The translations under genes were made by a program, and so were the position numbers. Under the pieces are notes generated by a model. That model searched no databases, was not told the DNA's origin, and worked only from the letters and a program-made list of their open reading frames with translations. A DNA stretch of 64,000 nucleotides from an uncultured Planctomycetales bacterium (GTDB taxonomy: Bacteria > Omnitrophota > Gorgyraeia > Zapsychrales > CAYRXT01): NCBI GenBank assembly GCA_964428315.1, contig CAYRXT010000005.1:12592-76591 (forward strand), read 5' to 3'. Every line of letters starts with the position of its first letter. Position 1 is the first letter of the stretch. Positions 22,037 through 31,689 of this stretch are shown one piece after another.

Positions 22037-24451
22037 TCACATCCAGACTTTGACCTGATGCAGTCTGCCGTCGCCGAACGGCCGGATGAGGTTGCCTTCG
22101 ATTTCCTGGTCGTCCACCAGGATTTGAGACACCCCGCTTTCACGGCCCTTAGGATTAAGGATCTCGATCTGGTATATATCGCCGCGGAAGGGCCGCTGGA
22201 CGCTACATTTCTTCCATCCTTTGGGGATACAGGGATCGATCCTTAGTCCTTCGAAGTCCCGGCGCACCCCCAGGATCCATTCCGTCGCGGTCATGAAGCA
22301 CCACCCCGATGAACCCGTAATCCAGGTGAACGCGCCTTCACCGTAACGGTAGGGATTCTTCGGCCCGACAAGATATTCCGCAAGAACATAGGGTTCCGTT
22401 TTATAAAGATCCATATCCTTCTGGGCGTTCGGCATGATCTTTCTGACGGCCTCATAGGCCTTGTCCCCGCAGCCGCACATCGCGTAAGCGACGGCCATAA
22501 AAGTCGCCGCGTGGCAGAACACCGCGGCATTCTCCTTTGTCCCTTCGGAAAACATGCTGACGCGACCAAGCCGTCCGACCCATGAACTGTAAGCCGGGGC
22601 AAAAAGAGCGAGCCCGTGCGGACCGTTCAGATACCTTTCCACCGAACGGAAAAGTTTCTGTTTCCTCTCATCGCTGACAACGCCGGCCAGGATACCCCAC
22701 GCCTGTGCTGTCAGGAAGATCTTCCCTTCTTTGTCGTTCTTGCTGCCGTAAACCTGTCCCTTGTCATCGAAACCGCGGACATACCAGGAGCCGTCCCATC
22801 CCACCGCGTTGATCCGTTCGTCCATCGTCCTGGACATTTGGAGATACTCTTCTCTCTTGTCCTGCTGGCCGAGGAGGTCAAAGAGATCCGCCAGCATCTT
22901 CATGGAACGGACAAGGGCCTGGGCCAGCCAGATGCTTTCCCCTCGGTGCCTGATGCCGGCCGCGTCGATGGCATCGTTCCAGTCCGCGTGCCCGATCCGG
23001 GGCAGGCCCTTTTCTCCCACATCGTTAAAACAGTATAAAAGATTTTTCTCGAGATGCTCTATGAGGGTCCCCTCACCGTCCGTTTGAGATCCTCCGGTCC
23101 AATGAAGGTCGATCTCCCACCCGTCTTTCCATTTATCCTTCAGATAAGGGACATACTCCAACAGCAGGCTTTTATCTCCCGTTTCCTTGATATAGGCGCT
23201 GACTGTGGCCGTGAGCCAGACCTGGTGGTCTTTGTTCGGACGGTATTTGTGGGGCCCGGTGGTATCGGACCATCCCGGCGCGCTGGTCCCGTCGCGGCGA
23301 ATCAGTGACGCCAGCTTGAGAATCTTGGCGCGCGTCAGGTCGTGATTGATCGACACGATCGCTTCCGAATCCTGGCAGGAATCCCGGTATCCCCGTCCTC
23401 CCGATCCTTCGTGATAATAACTGGGAGACCGCGACCAGAAATTGCAGATATAGATCTGGTATTTGAGCCAAATATTGACAAGGACATTGAGATCTTTATC
23501 CGGCGTCTCCACCGTGACATTATCCAGGATCCTGTTCCGCCAGATCTGCTTCGTCCTGGCCAGTTCCTTTTCGGCCGTTCTGACATCCCTGTATTTGGCC
23601 AGGATCCTGGGGATCCTTGTGATCGCGTCAGACTGGCCGAGGACAACCGTGAATGTTTTCGTCTGGCCCGGTTTCAGCTTAACCCTGTGCCTGAAGGCCC
23701 CGATGCCGTCCTCCCCCGAACACAGCGACGTATTCCTGGCCCTGGTTTCTCCAATAGCCTGCGGATTCTCTTCCGTGTTATAAGGGCCGACAAATTCATT
23801 CTTCCGGGTGAAATGTCCCGATATCCCTAAAGACGGGGAAAAGAAAATCTGTCCGCGGAACGGCTGAATGTTCATCCCTTTCCATTCGGCGGTTTTTTTG
23901 GCAAAGATGGCCTTGTGTTTCTTGTCGAACCAGACGCGGTTGTAAAGGTTCATGATGTTGCGGTACCGCAATTCTTCATGGTAGTCGCCGATGAGGAATT
24001 CGACGTAAGGATAGACCTCCAGATTCCTGTCCCGACGGGACTTGTTTGTCATCTTGACGATCCAGACCTCACAGGGATCGTCCTCGGGCACAAAGTATGT
24101 CACCTGGGAGGCTATCCCGCTGTTAACGGATTCGATGTCGGTATAGCCTAGTCCGTGCCGGCATTCATAGAACGACGGTTTGACGCGCAACGGCTGGTAG
24201 GTCGCCGCCCAGGCCTTTTTCCCTTCACGCACAAAGAGGTATTTGCCGGGACGGTCAAAATGCCAGCATTCGGGAAGCCATCGGGTGATGCGGTGGCTGC
24301 GGCAGTCTTTATAAAAACTGTATCCCCCCGCGCACTGCGAGATGATCGAACAATATTCTTTGTTTGTGAGATAATTGATCCAGGGGCGGGGAGGCTTACA
24401 GGTCGATAGGATGAACTCGGTCCCATCCGAAGAAAAATGCCCGTATTTCAT
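22037..24451 (-). CDS. GH94 glycoside phosphorylase (cellobiose/chitobiose phosphorylase-like)
   Basis: PWINYL, CRHGLGYT, GRGYRDSCQD, ADWND (catalytic Asp), GTKENAAVFCH, WITGSSGW. Confidence 0.93.
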   Translation of the reverse strand: MKYGHFSSDGTEFILSTCKPPRPWINYLTNKEYCSIISQCAGGYSFYKDCRSHRITRWLPECWHFDRPGKYLFVREGKKAWAATYQPLRVKPSFYECRHGLGYTDIESVNSGIASQVTYFVPEDDPCEVWIVKMTNKSRRDRNLEVYPYVEFLIGDYHEELRYRNIMNLYNRVWFDKKHKAIFAKKTAEWKGMNIQPFRGQIFFSPSLGISGHFTRKNEFVGPYNTEENPQAIGETRARNTSLCSGEDGIGAFRHRVKLKPGQTKTFTVVLGQSDAITRIPRILAKYRDVRTAEKELARTKQIWRNRILDNVTVETPDKDLNVLVNIWLKYQIYICNFWSRSPSYYHEGSGGRGYRDSCQDSEAIVSINHDLTRAKILKLASLIRRDGTSAPGWSDTTGPHKYRPNKDHQVWLTATVSAYIKETGDKSLLLEYVPYLKDKWKDGWEIDLHWTGGSQTDGEGTLIEHLEKNLLYCFNDVGEKGLPRIGHADWNDAIDAAGIRHRGESIWLAQALVRSMKMLADLFDLLGQQDKREEYLQMSRTMDERINAVGWDGSWYVRGFDDKGQVYGSKNDKEGKIFLTAQAWGILAGVVSDERKQKLFRSVERYLNGPHGLALFAPAYSSWVGRLGRVSMFSEGTKENAAVFCHAATFMAVAYAMCGCGDKAYEAVRKIMPNAQKDMDLYKTEPYVLAEYLVGPKNPYRYGEGAFTWITGSSGWCFMTATEWILGVRRDFEGLRIDPCIPKGWKKCSVQRPFRGDIYQIEILNPKGRESGVSQILVDDQEIEGNLIRPFGDGRLHQVKVWM

Positions 24452-24588
24452 TTGACTTGACTCCTTTTATATTATTATTAAATACAGCAGGTAAGGAAAT
24501 ATGGGTCAGATTAACATAGGGGTAAAATCCGGTCAAGGCTTTTCCTGAATTTTGAGAATGTCTCGGGAGGGGAAATAAGCGGACGGCG

Positions 24589-24924
24589 CTACTGGCAGAA
24601 ACGCATCAGCCGATGCATGTTCATCAACTGAATTTCATTGAAGCGGATGCCTGCTTTTTGATCAGCGTCGGTCTTGTCGTTCTCTTCAATCCAGATGATT
24701 GAACCTTTCAGGATAACGGGATCATGGCCGTCAGGCAGGTTTACTACGAGGGAAACCGGCTCATTCATCGTGAAATCCTGCCGGGAGACAAGCTTCGCAC
24801 CTTCGGCGGAAAGGTCTTGAAGAATGCCGCTGTTACCTTCACTTTGGGACATCTCCCCAAAGCGGACCGGCAGATCGGCATTCAACCGGCCAAAAATCCT
24901 TCTGTCACCCGCACGCTCCATCAT
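24589..24924 (-). CDS. Single-domain PilZ protein
   Basis: DRRIFGR (RxxxR), DLSAEG (D/NxSxxG), GIRF. Confidence 0.88.
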   Translation of the reverse strand: MMERAGDRRIFGRLNADLPVRFGEMSQSEGNSGILQDLSAEGAKLVSRQDFTMNEPVSLVVNLPDGHDPVILKGSIIWIEENDKTDADQKAGIRFNEIQLMNMHRLMRFCQ

Positions 24925-24937
24925 CTTCTGACCTCTC

Positions 24938-25258
24938 TCAAACAAAGACCTTGCAACGCCGTATCTTGGACTTCGCACCATGGATAATCTCAATGAACTT
25001 CAGTCCAACGCGATACCGGGAACCATCCCCGATCTTGTTGATCCATTGCACAACGCCCAGGGCCAGCACCGGATCTTCATCCGGGTTAAGATCAATCTGA
25101 ACCATCATCCTGGTATTGACAGGGATATAACGATCGGAAACAAACCCCGCGCCCCCTTCGGAAATATCCACCGTCCGGCTGCCGTCAAAGGGAGCGCCGG
25201 ATTTGACATCAACGAGTACGCGGCAGTTTTTTCTTGGGTTTTTCCTTTGGTTTACCAT
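24938..25258 (-). CDS. Single-domain PilZ protein
   Basis: QRKNPR (RxxxR), DISEGG, VGLKF. Confidence 0.88.
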   Translation of the reverse strand: MVNQRKNPRKNCRVLVDVKSGAPFDGSRTVDISEGGAGFVSDRYIPVNTRMMVQIDLNPDEDPVLALGVVQWINKIGDGSRYRVGLKFIEIIHGAKSKIRRCKVFV

Positions 25259-25396
25259 GATTTACGCCCAAATTTATTTTAGCAATGATAATTTAAATTA
25301 AAATCTTTTTTAATGTTTTCTGCGACCAGCTCTTTTTTTTCCATTTTTGAATCATCAGCTTCTCATAACATCCCGACGCGACGCCCTATTACTGAT

Positions 25397-25414
25397 AAAG
25401 AAAACGCTTTCTTT
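25397..25414. promoter_or_regulatory. LacI-type operator, copy 2
   Basis: AAAGAAAACGCTTTCTTT, near-perfect palindrome upstream of the pilZ genes; 14-bp core identical to copy 1. Confidence 0.7.
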
Positions 25415-25433
25415 CAGAGTATATCAGATTTTT

Positions 25434-26030
25434 TTATTTAGACAATAGCGGTTCAATATATTTTTTGATTTTTTTCGCGATCAGCTCCTGTCCCTCCGCG
25501 TTAGGATGGAACTGGTCAATTTTCAGCCCGGGATCAGCGAGGATGTTATCCAGGATGTCGGGAATATAGGCCGCCTTTCTCCGACGGGCAATCTCTTTTA
25601 ATCCCCTGCCGTAGACATCCTGCAAAAATCCGACGCGGACCTCAGCGATAGCGACGATGGCCCCCTGTTTTTGAATGCGCGAGACGATCCGGTCAAAATT
25701 CCTTAGCGTCTGTTCCTTGGGTAGACGCTGGAAAAAATCATTTCCACCGAACTCGATGACAACCAATTTGGGATCGTGTTGCAGGACATCTTCCCCTATC
25801 CGGTCTAAGGCCTCCCTCGTTGTATCGCCGCTGCGCCCCGCATTGATAACGGGCCATGTCAGTTCCCTCTCAAGGATCGCCGGAAAGGCCTCGTCGGGAT
25901 CAAGCCCGAATCCCGCCGTAATGCTGTCCCCGAAACACACGACGGTCGTGCCCGGGGAATCCAGGTTGGCGATGGACACCCCGCAACCGCATAACAGCAT
26001 GGCGCACAATAGGATTCGCGCCAAAAACAA
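25434..26030 (-). CDS. SGNH/GDSL esterase (TesA/arylesterase-like), possibly a lipoprotein
   Basis: FGDSIT, NAGRSG, GGND, DQFHP blocks; start uncertain (ORF track extends to 26252). Confidence 0.88.
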   Translation of the reverse strand: MFLARILLCAMLLCGCGVSIANLDSPGTTVVCFGDSITAGFGLDPDEAFPAILERELTWPVINAGRSGDTTREALDRIGEDVLQHDPKLVVIEFGGNDFFQRLPKEQTLRNFDRIVSRIQKQGAIVAIAEVRVGFLQDVYGRGLKEIARRRKAAYIPDILDNILADPGLKIDQFHPNAEGQELIAKKIKKYIEPLLSK

Positions 26031-26073
26031 TGTCCTAATCTTCGGAGGGAACAACAAGCGCGGACGGTTCAGC

Positions 26074-26391
26074 TTATTTTGCCATAAGTTCACGCAAATC
26101 TTTGGCCAGATCATGACGTTCCATGTTTTCCAGCTTAAGGACTTGCCGGCGGACGTTGAGCAGATCTCCCTTGCTGTAATAGACGGTGCCCAGCTTCCAC
26201 TGCAGATTGGCATCGGAGGGATTTTTTTCCAGCAATTCTTTATAAAGGACAACGGCCTTATCCATGTTTCCCTGATTGTAGGCCGTCTCAGCCTTAAGAC
26301 TTTTCCAGTACCGCTGAATATTATGGCATGACATCAGCGTGAAGGCCGACACCCATACCGAGATAAAAAGACAAAGACGCCGCTTTCTCAT
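26074..26391 (-). CDS. Small TPR protein, probable lipoprotein
   Basis: TLMSC lipobox-like; AYNQGNMDKAVVLYKELLEKNPSDANLQWKLG TPR. Confidence 0.7.
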   Translation of the reverse strand: MRKRRLCLFISVWVSAFTLMSCHNIQRYWKSLKAETAYNQGNMDKAVVLYKELLEKNPSDANLQWKLGTVYYSKGDLLNVRRQVLKLENMERHDLAKDLRELMAK

Positions 26392-26535
26392 TAAATTCTT
26401 CTGACCCTTCATCTGCAAAGTTTACAAACAAATAATTGAACTACCCGGCTACTCTCATTTACAATATTAATATACATATCGCAAAATTCAACAGGCTTTT
26501 CGCCATTGTAACAATTTGCCGAAAAAAGTTCGTTT

Positions 26536-27261
26536 ATGGTTTTCTTGTCAGACGCCCTTATTTTACTTGTCCCTGTCCTTTACGCCCTTCACGGATGGAA
26601 GAAAGGGACTCTCCGGGCCCTGGCGGGACCGTTCTCCCTATTGACCGGGCTTATCATCGGTTTTGTCTACCTCCATCAGTCCCATAATCTCTGGCGGGCA
26701 ACGCTCATTATGGTCCTCTGCCCTCTTATCCTGGGTGTCATCCTTAACGTCAGTCTCATCCTCTGGCATAAAAAGATCGATAAAGAACTGCCTTCGGGCG
26801 CGGGGAGCAAGCTGTGCGGGGCCTGTATCGGAACCCTGTGGGGTACGGCCATGACGGCCCTGGTTTTGATCCTTTTAGTCCTCCTGCCCGGCCCCTCATC
26901 TTCTGTCAACGCCCTGCAGGGCCATGTCCGCCGTTCTTATTTTTTCAAGATCGTCGAACACCAGATCATCAACCGGTGGCCGCTCTTCAAAAATATGGAG
27001 AAGACGCTGGAGGCGGCCCGCGATCCGCAGGGCCTTCAGCAGGTTCAAGCTCTTAAGGAAATACGGGCCCTGCAAAAGGACGAGAAATTCCAGGCCCTTC
27101 TCGCGGATCCAGGGATTCGTCGCCAGCTTGAAGAAAACGACATCGCCGGCCTGTTGCGGAACGAAAACTTCCGCGCAATGCTGCGGGACGAGGCCCTGGT
27201 CGAAAAATTCTTGGACCTGTATCGAAAGCTCAGCGAAGAAGGGCTCTGGCAGGGGCCGTGA
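26536..27261 (+). CDS. CvpA (colicin V production) family membrane protein
   Basis: D..IL...LHGWKKG.LR, four TM segments, SKLCGACIG; helical C-terminal extension. Confidence 0.7.
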   Translation: MVFLSDALILLVPVLYALHGWKKGTLRALAGPFSLLTGLIIGFVYLHQSHNLWRATLIMVLCPLILGVILNVSLILWHKKIDKELPSGAGSKLCGACIGTLWGTAMTALVLILLVLLPGPSSSVNALQGHVRRSYFFKIVEHQIINRWPLFKNMEKTLEAARDPQGLQQVQALKEIRALQKDEKFQALLADPGIRRQLEENDIAGLLRNENFRAMLRDEALVEKFLDLYRKLSEEGLWQGP

Positions 27262-27306
27262 TCGGACGCTGACCGCGTCTTCCTTCCTCCCGTCTGTGAC
27301 GTCCCT

Positions 27307-28707
27307 TCATTTTCCAATACAAAATCGAGAAAAGATACTGTCGAGGAGATCCGCGCCGGCATTGCGCCCGGTTATCTGATCCAGTTCCTGGACAGTGGTC
27401 TTAATCTCTTCCGAAACGAACTCCGGAGAGGCCTCTTCCTCCAGCGCCCTGCGGGCCCGGAGCAAAGACTCCCGCGCCCGGTGCAGAGATTGAATGTGCC
27501 GGGCGTTGCTGACCATCAAAGTAAACGTGTGCACCGGACGGCCGTTCAGGACGCACCTGACAATGGCCTCTTCAAGCTCGTCGATTGCCCGGCGCTGTAT
27601 GACAGAAATTCTCACGGTTTCCCGGTCCCCGAAGAGCGCCCCGAGACGGTTCTCGTCGATCTTCTGGTCAAGATCGCATTTGTTCACGGCAATAAGAAGG
27701 TTTTTATCCTTGAGGCGGGTAAAGAGCGTTTCGTCCTCCTCGGTCAAGGGGCGGCCCGCATCCAGAACCAGAAGGACCAGGTCCGCGCTGTCGACGGCCC
27801 GGTGGCTCCGTTTAACGGCTTCCTCCTCGATCAGATCCCGCGGTTCAATAATCCCCGCGGTATCGACCAGCTGGAAAGGCACGCCGCGGAGCTGGGCGGC
27901 CTCTTCGAGCGTGTCGCGGGTCGTACCCGCGAACTCGGAAACGATGGCCCGCGGCTGCCGCAAAAGCAGATTGAGCAAAGAAGATTTGCCGACGTTCGCC
28001 TTGCCGCATATCGCGATCTTCATCCCATCGCGCAGGATCCTTCCCTGCTCGGATGAATCCAGAAGCCCTTCAATGCGCTGAATGGCCTTGCCGGCACGCT
28101 CGTCTAGCTGCCGGCGGTCCGCCGCATTGATTCCATCTTCCGGAAAATTGATAACGGCCTCCAGCTCCACGTAGACCGACATCAAGGCCTCCCTGATCTC
28201 TTCCAGCTCCCTGTTGAGCTCGCCTTTGAGCTGGCTGACACTCACCCTTTGGAAGGCCTCTGTCCGGGACTGGATGATGTCCAAAACGGCCTCGGCCTGG
28301 GTCAGGTCGACACGGCCGTTAAGAAAGGCCCTCCGGGTAAACTCTCCAGGTTCGGCCATCCGGGCGCCGAGCTCAATGGCCAGGTGAAGGATGGAACGCA
28401 CCACCACCAAACCTCCGTGACAGCTGAACTCGACCATATCCTCTTTCGTATAACTTCGGGGGGCGCGCATGACGGTCAAGAGGACTTCGTCGACGGGGTC
28501 TTCACCGCCGGGAGATTTTTTCACCACCCATCCATGATGAACGCTGTGGCTGCGGAACGCGGAGACCGGCTGTCCGTTGCCCGCGCGGAACATCCTTTCC
28601 GCAACAGCCACGGCCTCCGCCCCGCTCATACGGACGATGCCGATGCCACCCTGTCCGACGGGCGTGGATATGGCGGCTATCGTGTCATAGACGGATTCTT
28701 CCGACAT
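27307..28707 (-). CDS. mnmE: tRNA modification GTPase MnmE/TrmE
   Basis: DTIAAISTP, PGEFTRRAFLNG, GKANVGKSS, GTTRD, DTAG, NKCD, C-terminal FCIGK. Confidence 0.98.
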   Translation of the reverse strand: MSEESVYDTIAAISTPVGQGGIGIVRMSGAEAVAVAERMFRAGNGQPVSAFRSHSVHHGWVVKKSPGGEDPVDEVLLTVMRAPRSYTKEDMVEFSCHGGLVVVRSILHLAIELGARMAEPGEFTRRAFLNGRVDLTQAEAVLDIIQSRTEAFQRVSVSQLKGELNRELEEIREALMSVYVELEAVINFPEDGINAADRRQLDERAGKAIQRIEGLLDSSEQGRILRDGMKIAICGKANVGKSSLLNLLLRQPRAIVSEFAGTTRDTLEEAAQLRGVPFQLVDTAGIIEPRDLIEEEAVKRSHRAVDSADLVLLVLDAGRPLTEEDETLFTRLKDKNLLIAVNKCDLDQKIDENRLGALFGDRETVRISVIQRRAIDELEEAIVRCVLNGRPVHTFTLMVSNARHIQSLHRARESLLRARRALEEEASPEFVSEEIKTTVQELDQITGRNAGADLLDSIFSRFCIGK

Positions 28708-30059
28708 AGCACCTCCCTGATCTCCGCGACCACAAAAAGCGAACCACAGACAAGAATCAGATCATCGCGGCCGGCGAGGTCCAGGGCCCTTTCTAGGGCC
28801 TCCTCACTCTCTGCCGCACAAACGATCTCCTTCCCGCTGAAAAACGAAGCCGCCCTCTCCCGACGGTAATCCCAGCTGCGCGGGTGCCGGGTCCGCGTCA
28901 GGACGACCTTGCTGGCGAGGGCCGCCAGGCTCCGGCAAATGGCGGCGACGTTCTTGTCCGCCGAGATGCCCACGATTACAACAACGTCCTTACCGGGGAA
29001 GAGACGCCTGACGGCATCTACCAGCGATTCGACGGAAGCGGCATTGTGAGCCCCGTCGAGAACAACGGGAGGACTGCCGTCAAGGACCTCGAAACGTCCC
29101 GGCCACTGCGTTAAGGCCGCCCCCCGGACAAAGGCCCCGTCCGGGATATCAAGACCTTGCCGGCGCAGGGCACGGCAGAGGCCGGCCGCCACGGCGAGGT
29201 TGATCCTCTGGGGCCGTCCCGCAAGACGGGTCCGGACCTCGAGCGGTTCGGGAAAGATATCCCGCAGAACAACCGTTTGATGCCCGCCGTCTTCTTTCTT
29301 AAGCAGGACATGCCTCCTTTCATCGATAAAAAAGGCGTCGGCCCTGAAGGCCGCGCATCTTTCGCGGATGACATCCATGGCCTCTTTGTCCTGGGGCGCG
29401 ACGACGACGGCCTGGCCCTCTTCTTTAATGATGGCGGACTTTTCCGTTGAGATGGCCTTAAGGGTCGTCCCGAGCTGTCTGGTATGCTCGATGCTGATGG
29501 AGGTCAACGCGCAAGCCATCGACCGGACGGTGTTAGTCGCGTCCAGGCGGCCGCCGAGACCCGTTTCAAGAACAACGACTTCCGCATGACTTTTGGAAAA
29601 ATAGTACAGCGCCAGGGCAGTATAAACCTCGAAATAGGTCAAACGGCCAAGGTCTTGATTGCGTCGGGCCTCTTCGATGCGGGGCCGGATGGCCTCAAGG
29701 GTTGCGCAGAGCTCCGAAGGGCTGATCTGTCCGGCGAAGGGATCAGAAAGCGTCCGCGGATCGTCCTTCCACGCGGGATCGAACAGGCGAATGCGCTCGC
29801 GGAAATCATGCAGATGCGGAGAGGTGTAGAGCCCTGTTTTATAGCCGGCCTGCCAGAGGATGTAGGCCATAAAGGCGCAGGTGGAACCCTTGCCCTTGGT
29901 GCCGGCCACATGGATGAACCGCGTACCTTCCTGGGGGTCGCCGATCAGGGATAAAAGGCGGCGGACGCGTTCCAGGCGGAAAGGGATGAACTCCTGTCCG
30001 CTACGCAGTTCGAAATTAATGAAGGAATCGAGATACTCTTTGGCCTCTTGGAAGGTCAT
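28677..30059 (-). CDS. folC: Folylpolyglutamate synthase/dihydrofolate synthase
   Basis: HVAGTKGKGST, YTSPHL, ETGLGGRLDATN, WPGRFE, LDGAHN, GSLFVV. Confidence 0.96.
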   Translation of the reverse strand: MTFQEAKEYLDSFINFELRSGQEFIPFRLERVRRLLSLIGDPQEGTRFIHVAGTKGKGSTCAFMAYILWQAGYKTGLYTSPHLHDFRERIRLFDPAWKDDPRTLSDPFAGQISPSELCATLEAIRPRIEEARRNQDLGRLTYFEVYTALALYYFSKSHAEVVVLETGLGGRLDATNTVRSMACALTSISIEHTRQLGTTLKAISTEKSAIIKEEGQAVVVAPQDKEAMDVIRERCAAFRADAFFIDERRHVLLKKEDGGHQTVVLRDIFPEPLEVRTRLAGRPQRINLAVAAGLCRALRRQGLDIPDGAFVRGAALTQWPGRFEVLDGSPPVVLDGAHNAASVESLVDAVRRLFPGKDVVVIVGISADKNVAAICRSLAALASKVVLTRTRHPRSWDYRRERAASFFSGKEIVCAAESEEALERALDLAGRDDLILVCGSLFVVAEIREVLCRKNPSMTR

Positions 30060-30123
30060 ACTTTAAAGGGAAAGGTGCTATTTTATCATGAGAACAGGAC
30101 CCGCACCGTTGCCGGAATGAACT

Positions 30124-31680
30124 TCAATGCCTGAAATGACGCAAGCCTGTCATGATCATGGCTATCCCGGCCTTGTCGGCTGCCCACACCACTTTGGGAT
30201 CCGCGATGGAACCGCCGGTCTGAAGAATGGTCCTGACGCCCGCCCTGGCCGCCAGTTGAACCGTGTCGGGGTGGGGAAGAAAGGCGTCGGAAACCAGGAT
30301 GGAACCTTTGCTTCTTCTGCCGGCCTTTCCTATGGCAATGCGGGCACTGTCCACGCGGCTCGTCTGGCCGCATCCGATACCGACGGTCTTTTCCCCCTTG
30401 ACCAGGATGACGGCGTTGGATCGCACGAATTTCACGACCTTCCAGCCGAAGACCATGGCCTCCCTGTCTCTCGAAGGCGGCCGGCGCCTTGTGACGGCGC
30501 GCCATTCTTCGGGAGACGGACCTCTGTCGTCTTTGTCCTGTAAAAGCATCCCTCCCGAAACCTTCTTCATGTCAAACGACTTTTCCTTTATCTTGTTCAA
30601 GTCAAGCGCAATCAGACGCAGGGTTTTCTTTTGCTCGAGGATGCGTAAGGCCCCTTTGTCGAAGGCCGGAGCAAGCACGCATTCCATAAAACCGCTTTTC
30701 CGGATCGCCTCCGCGGCGACCTTGTCGACCCTGCGGTTGAGCCCGATGATGCCCCCGAAGGCCGACAATGTGTCGCAGGCGTGGGCCTTTGTAAAGGCGC
30801 CGGCCAGCGAGGCGTCCTGCGCCACACCGGTGGGATTGTTGTGTTTGATTACCGCCGCCGCCGGTTTATCGAAAGCACACACGATCGCGGCGGCGGCATG
30901 CAGGTCCAGGATATTGTTGAAAGACAGCTCTTTGCCGTGTAGCTGCTTCATGTCGGGCATGCCTGAAGGCCTGTCTTCGTCCCGGTAAAAGGCCGCGGCC
31001 TGATGAGGATTTTCGCCGTAACGCAGATCCTGGACCTTGGACAAACGCAGGACCAGATCCCTGGGAAGCGTGGAAAATTCACCCTTGCGGAGTTTCTTGT
31101 CGAGAAACTGCAAGATCGTATTGTCGTACTGCGCCGTCAGGCGGAATACATCCAGGGCCAGGCTCACCAGCACCGTGTCCGAGAGTATCCCGCTGTTGAC
31201 ATCCAGCTCGTCGAGAATCTCTTTGTAGCGCTTGGGCGTGCAGACGGCCGCAACGCTGGTGTAGTTCTTGGCCGCCGAACGGAGCATGGCAGGTCCGCCG
31301 ATATCGATATTCTCGATGGCTTCTTCAAGGGGCAGGTTCTTTTTCTGGATGACGCGCGCGAAGGGATACAGATTGACCACCACCATGTCAATAAGCTTGA
31401 TCCCGCTCTCCTCGACTTGCAGCATGTGCTGCGGCCGGTGTCTGAGCGCCAGAAGGCCGGCGTGGACAGCCGGGTGCAGCGTCTTGATGCGTCCATCGAG
31501 CATCTCAGGAAAACCCGTAAAGTCGGAAACCTCGGTCACCGGGACACCCGCGTTGCGGATAAGCCTTGAGGTGCCGCCGGTGGAGATAATCTCGACCCCG
31601 AAACGGTGCAGGCCGCGGACAAAATCTGCCAGACCAGCCTTGTCCGAAACGCTGATGAGGGCGCGCTTGACTTTAATCAT
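30124..31680 (-). CDS. purH: Bifunctional AICAR transformylase/IMP cyclohydrolase
   Basis: RALISVSDK, STGGT, KTLHP, IDIGGP, LRYGENPHQ, KHNNP, RHFRH. Confidence 0.98.
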   Translation of the reverse strand: MIKVKRALISVSDKAGLADFVRGLHRFGVEIISTGGTSRLIRNAGVPVTEVSDFTGFPEMLDGRIKTLHPAVHAGLLALRHRPQHMLQVEESGIKLIDMVVVNLYPFARVIQKKNLPLEEAIENIDIGGPAMLRSAAKNYTSVAAVCTPKRYKEILDELDVNSGILSDTVLVSLALDVFRLTAQYDNTILQFLDKKLRKGEFSTLPRDLVLRLSKVQDLRYGENPHQAAAFYRDEDRPSGMPDMKQLHGKELSFNNILDLHAAAAIVCAFDKPAAAVIKHNNPTGVAQDASLAGAFTKAHACDTLSAFGGIIGLNRRVDKVAAEAIRKSGFMECVLAPAFDKGALRILEQKKTLRLIALDLNKIKEKSFDMKKVSGGMLLQDKDDRGPSPEEWRAVTRRRPPSRDREAMVFGWKVVKFVRSNAVILVKGEKTVGIGCGQTSRVDSARIAIGKAGRRSKGSILVSDAFLPHPDTVQLAARAGVRTILQTGGSIADPKVVWAADKAGIAMIMTGLRHFRH

Positions 31681-31689
31681 GGGCTTTCG

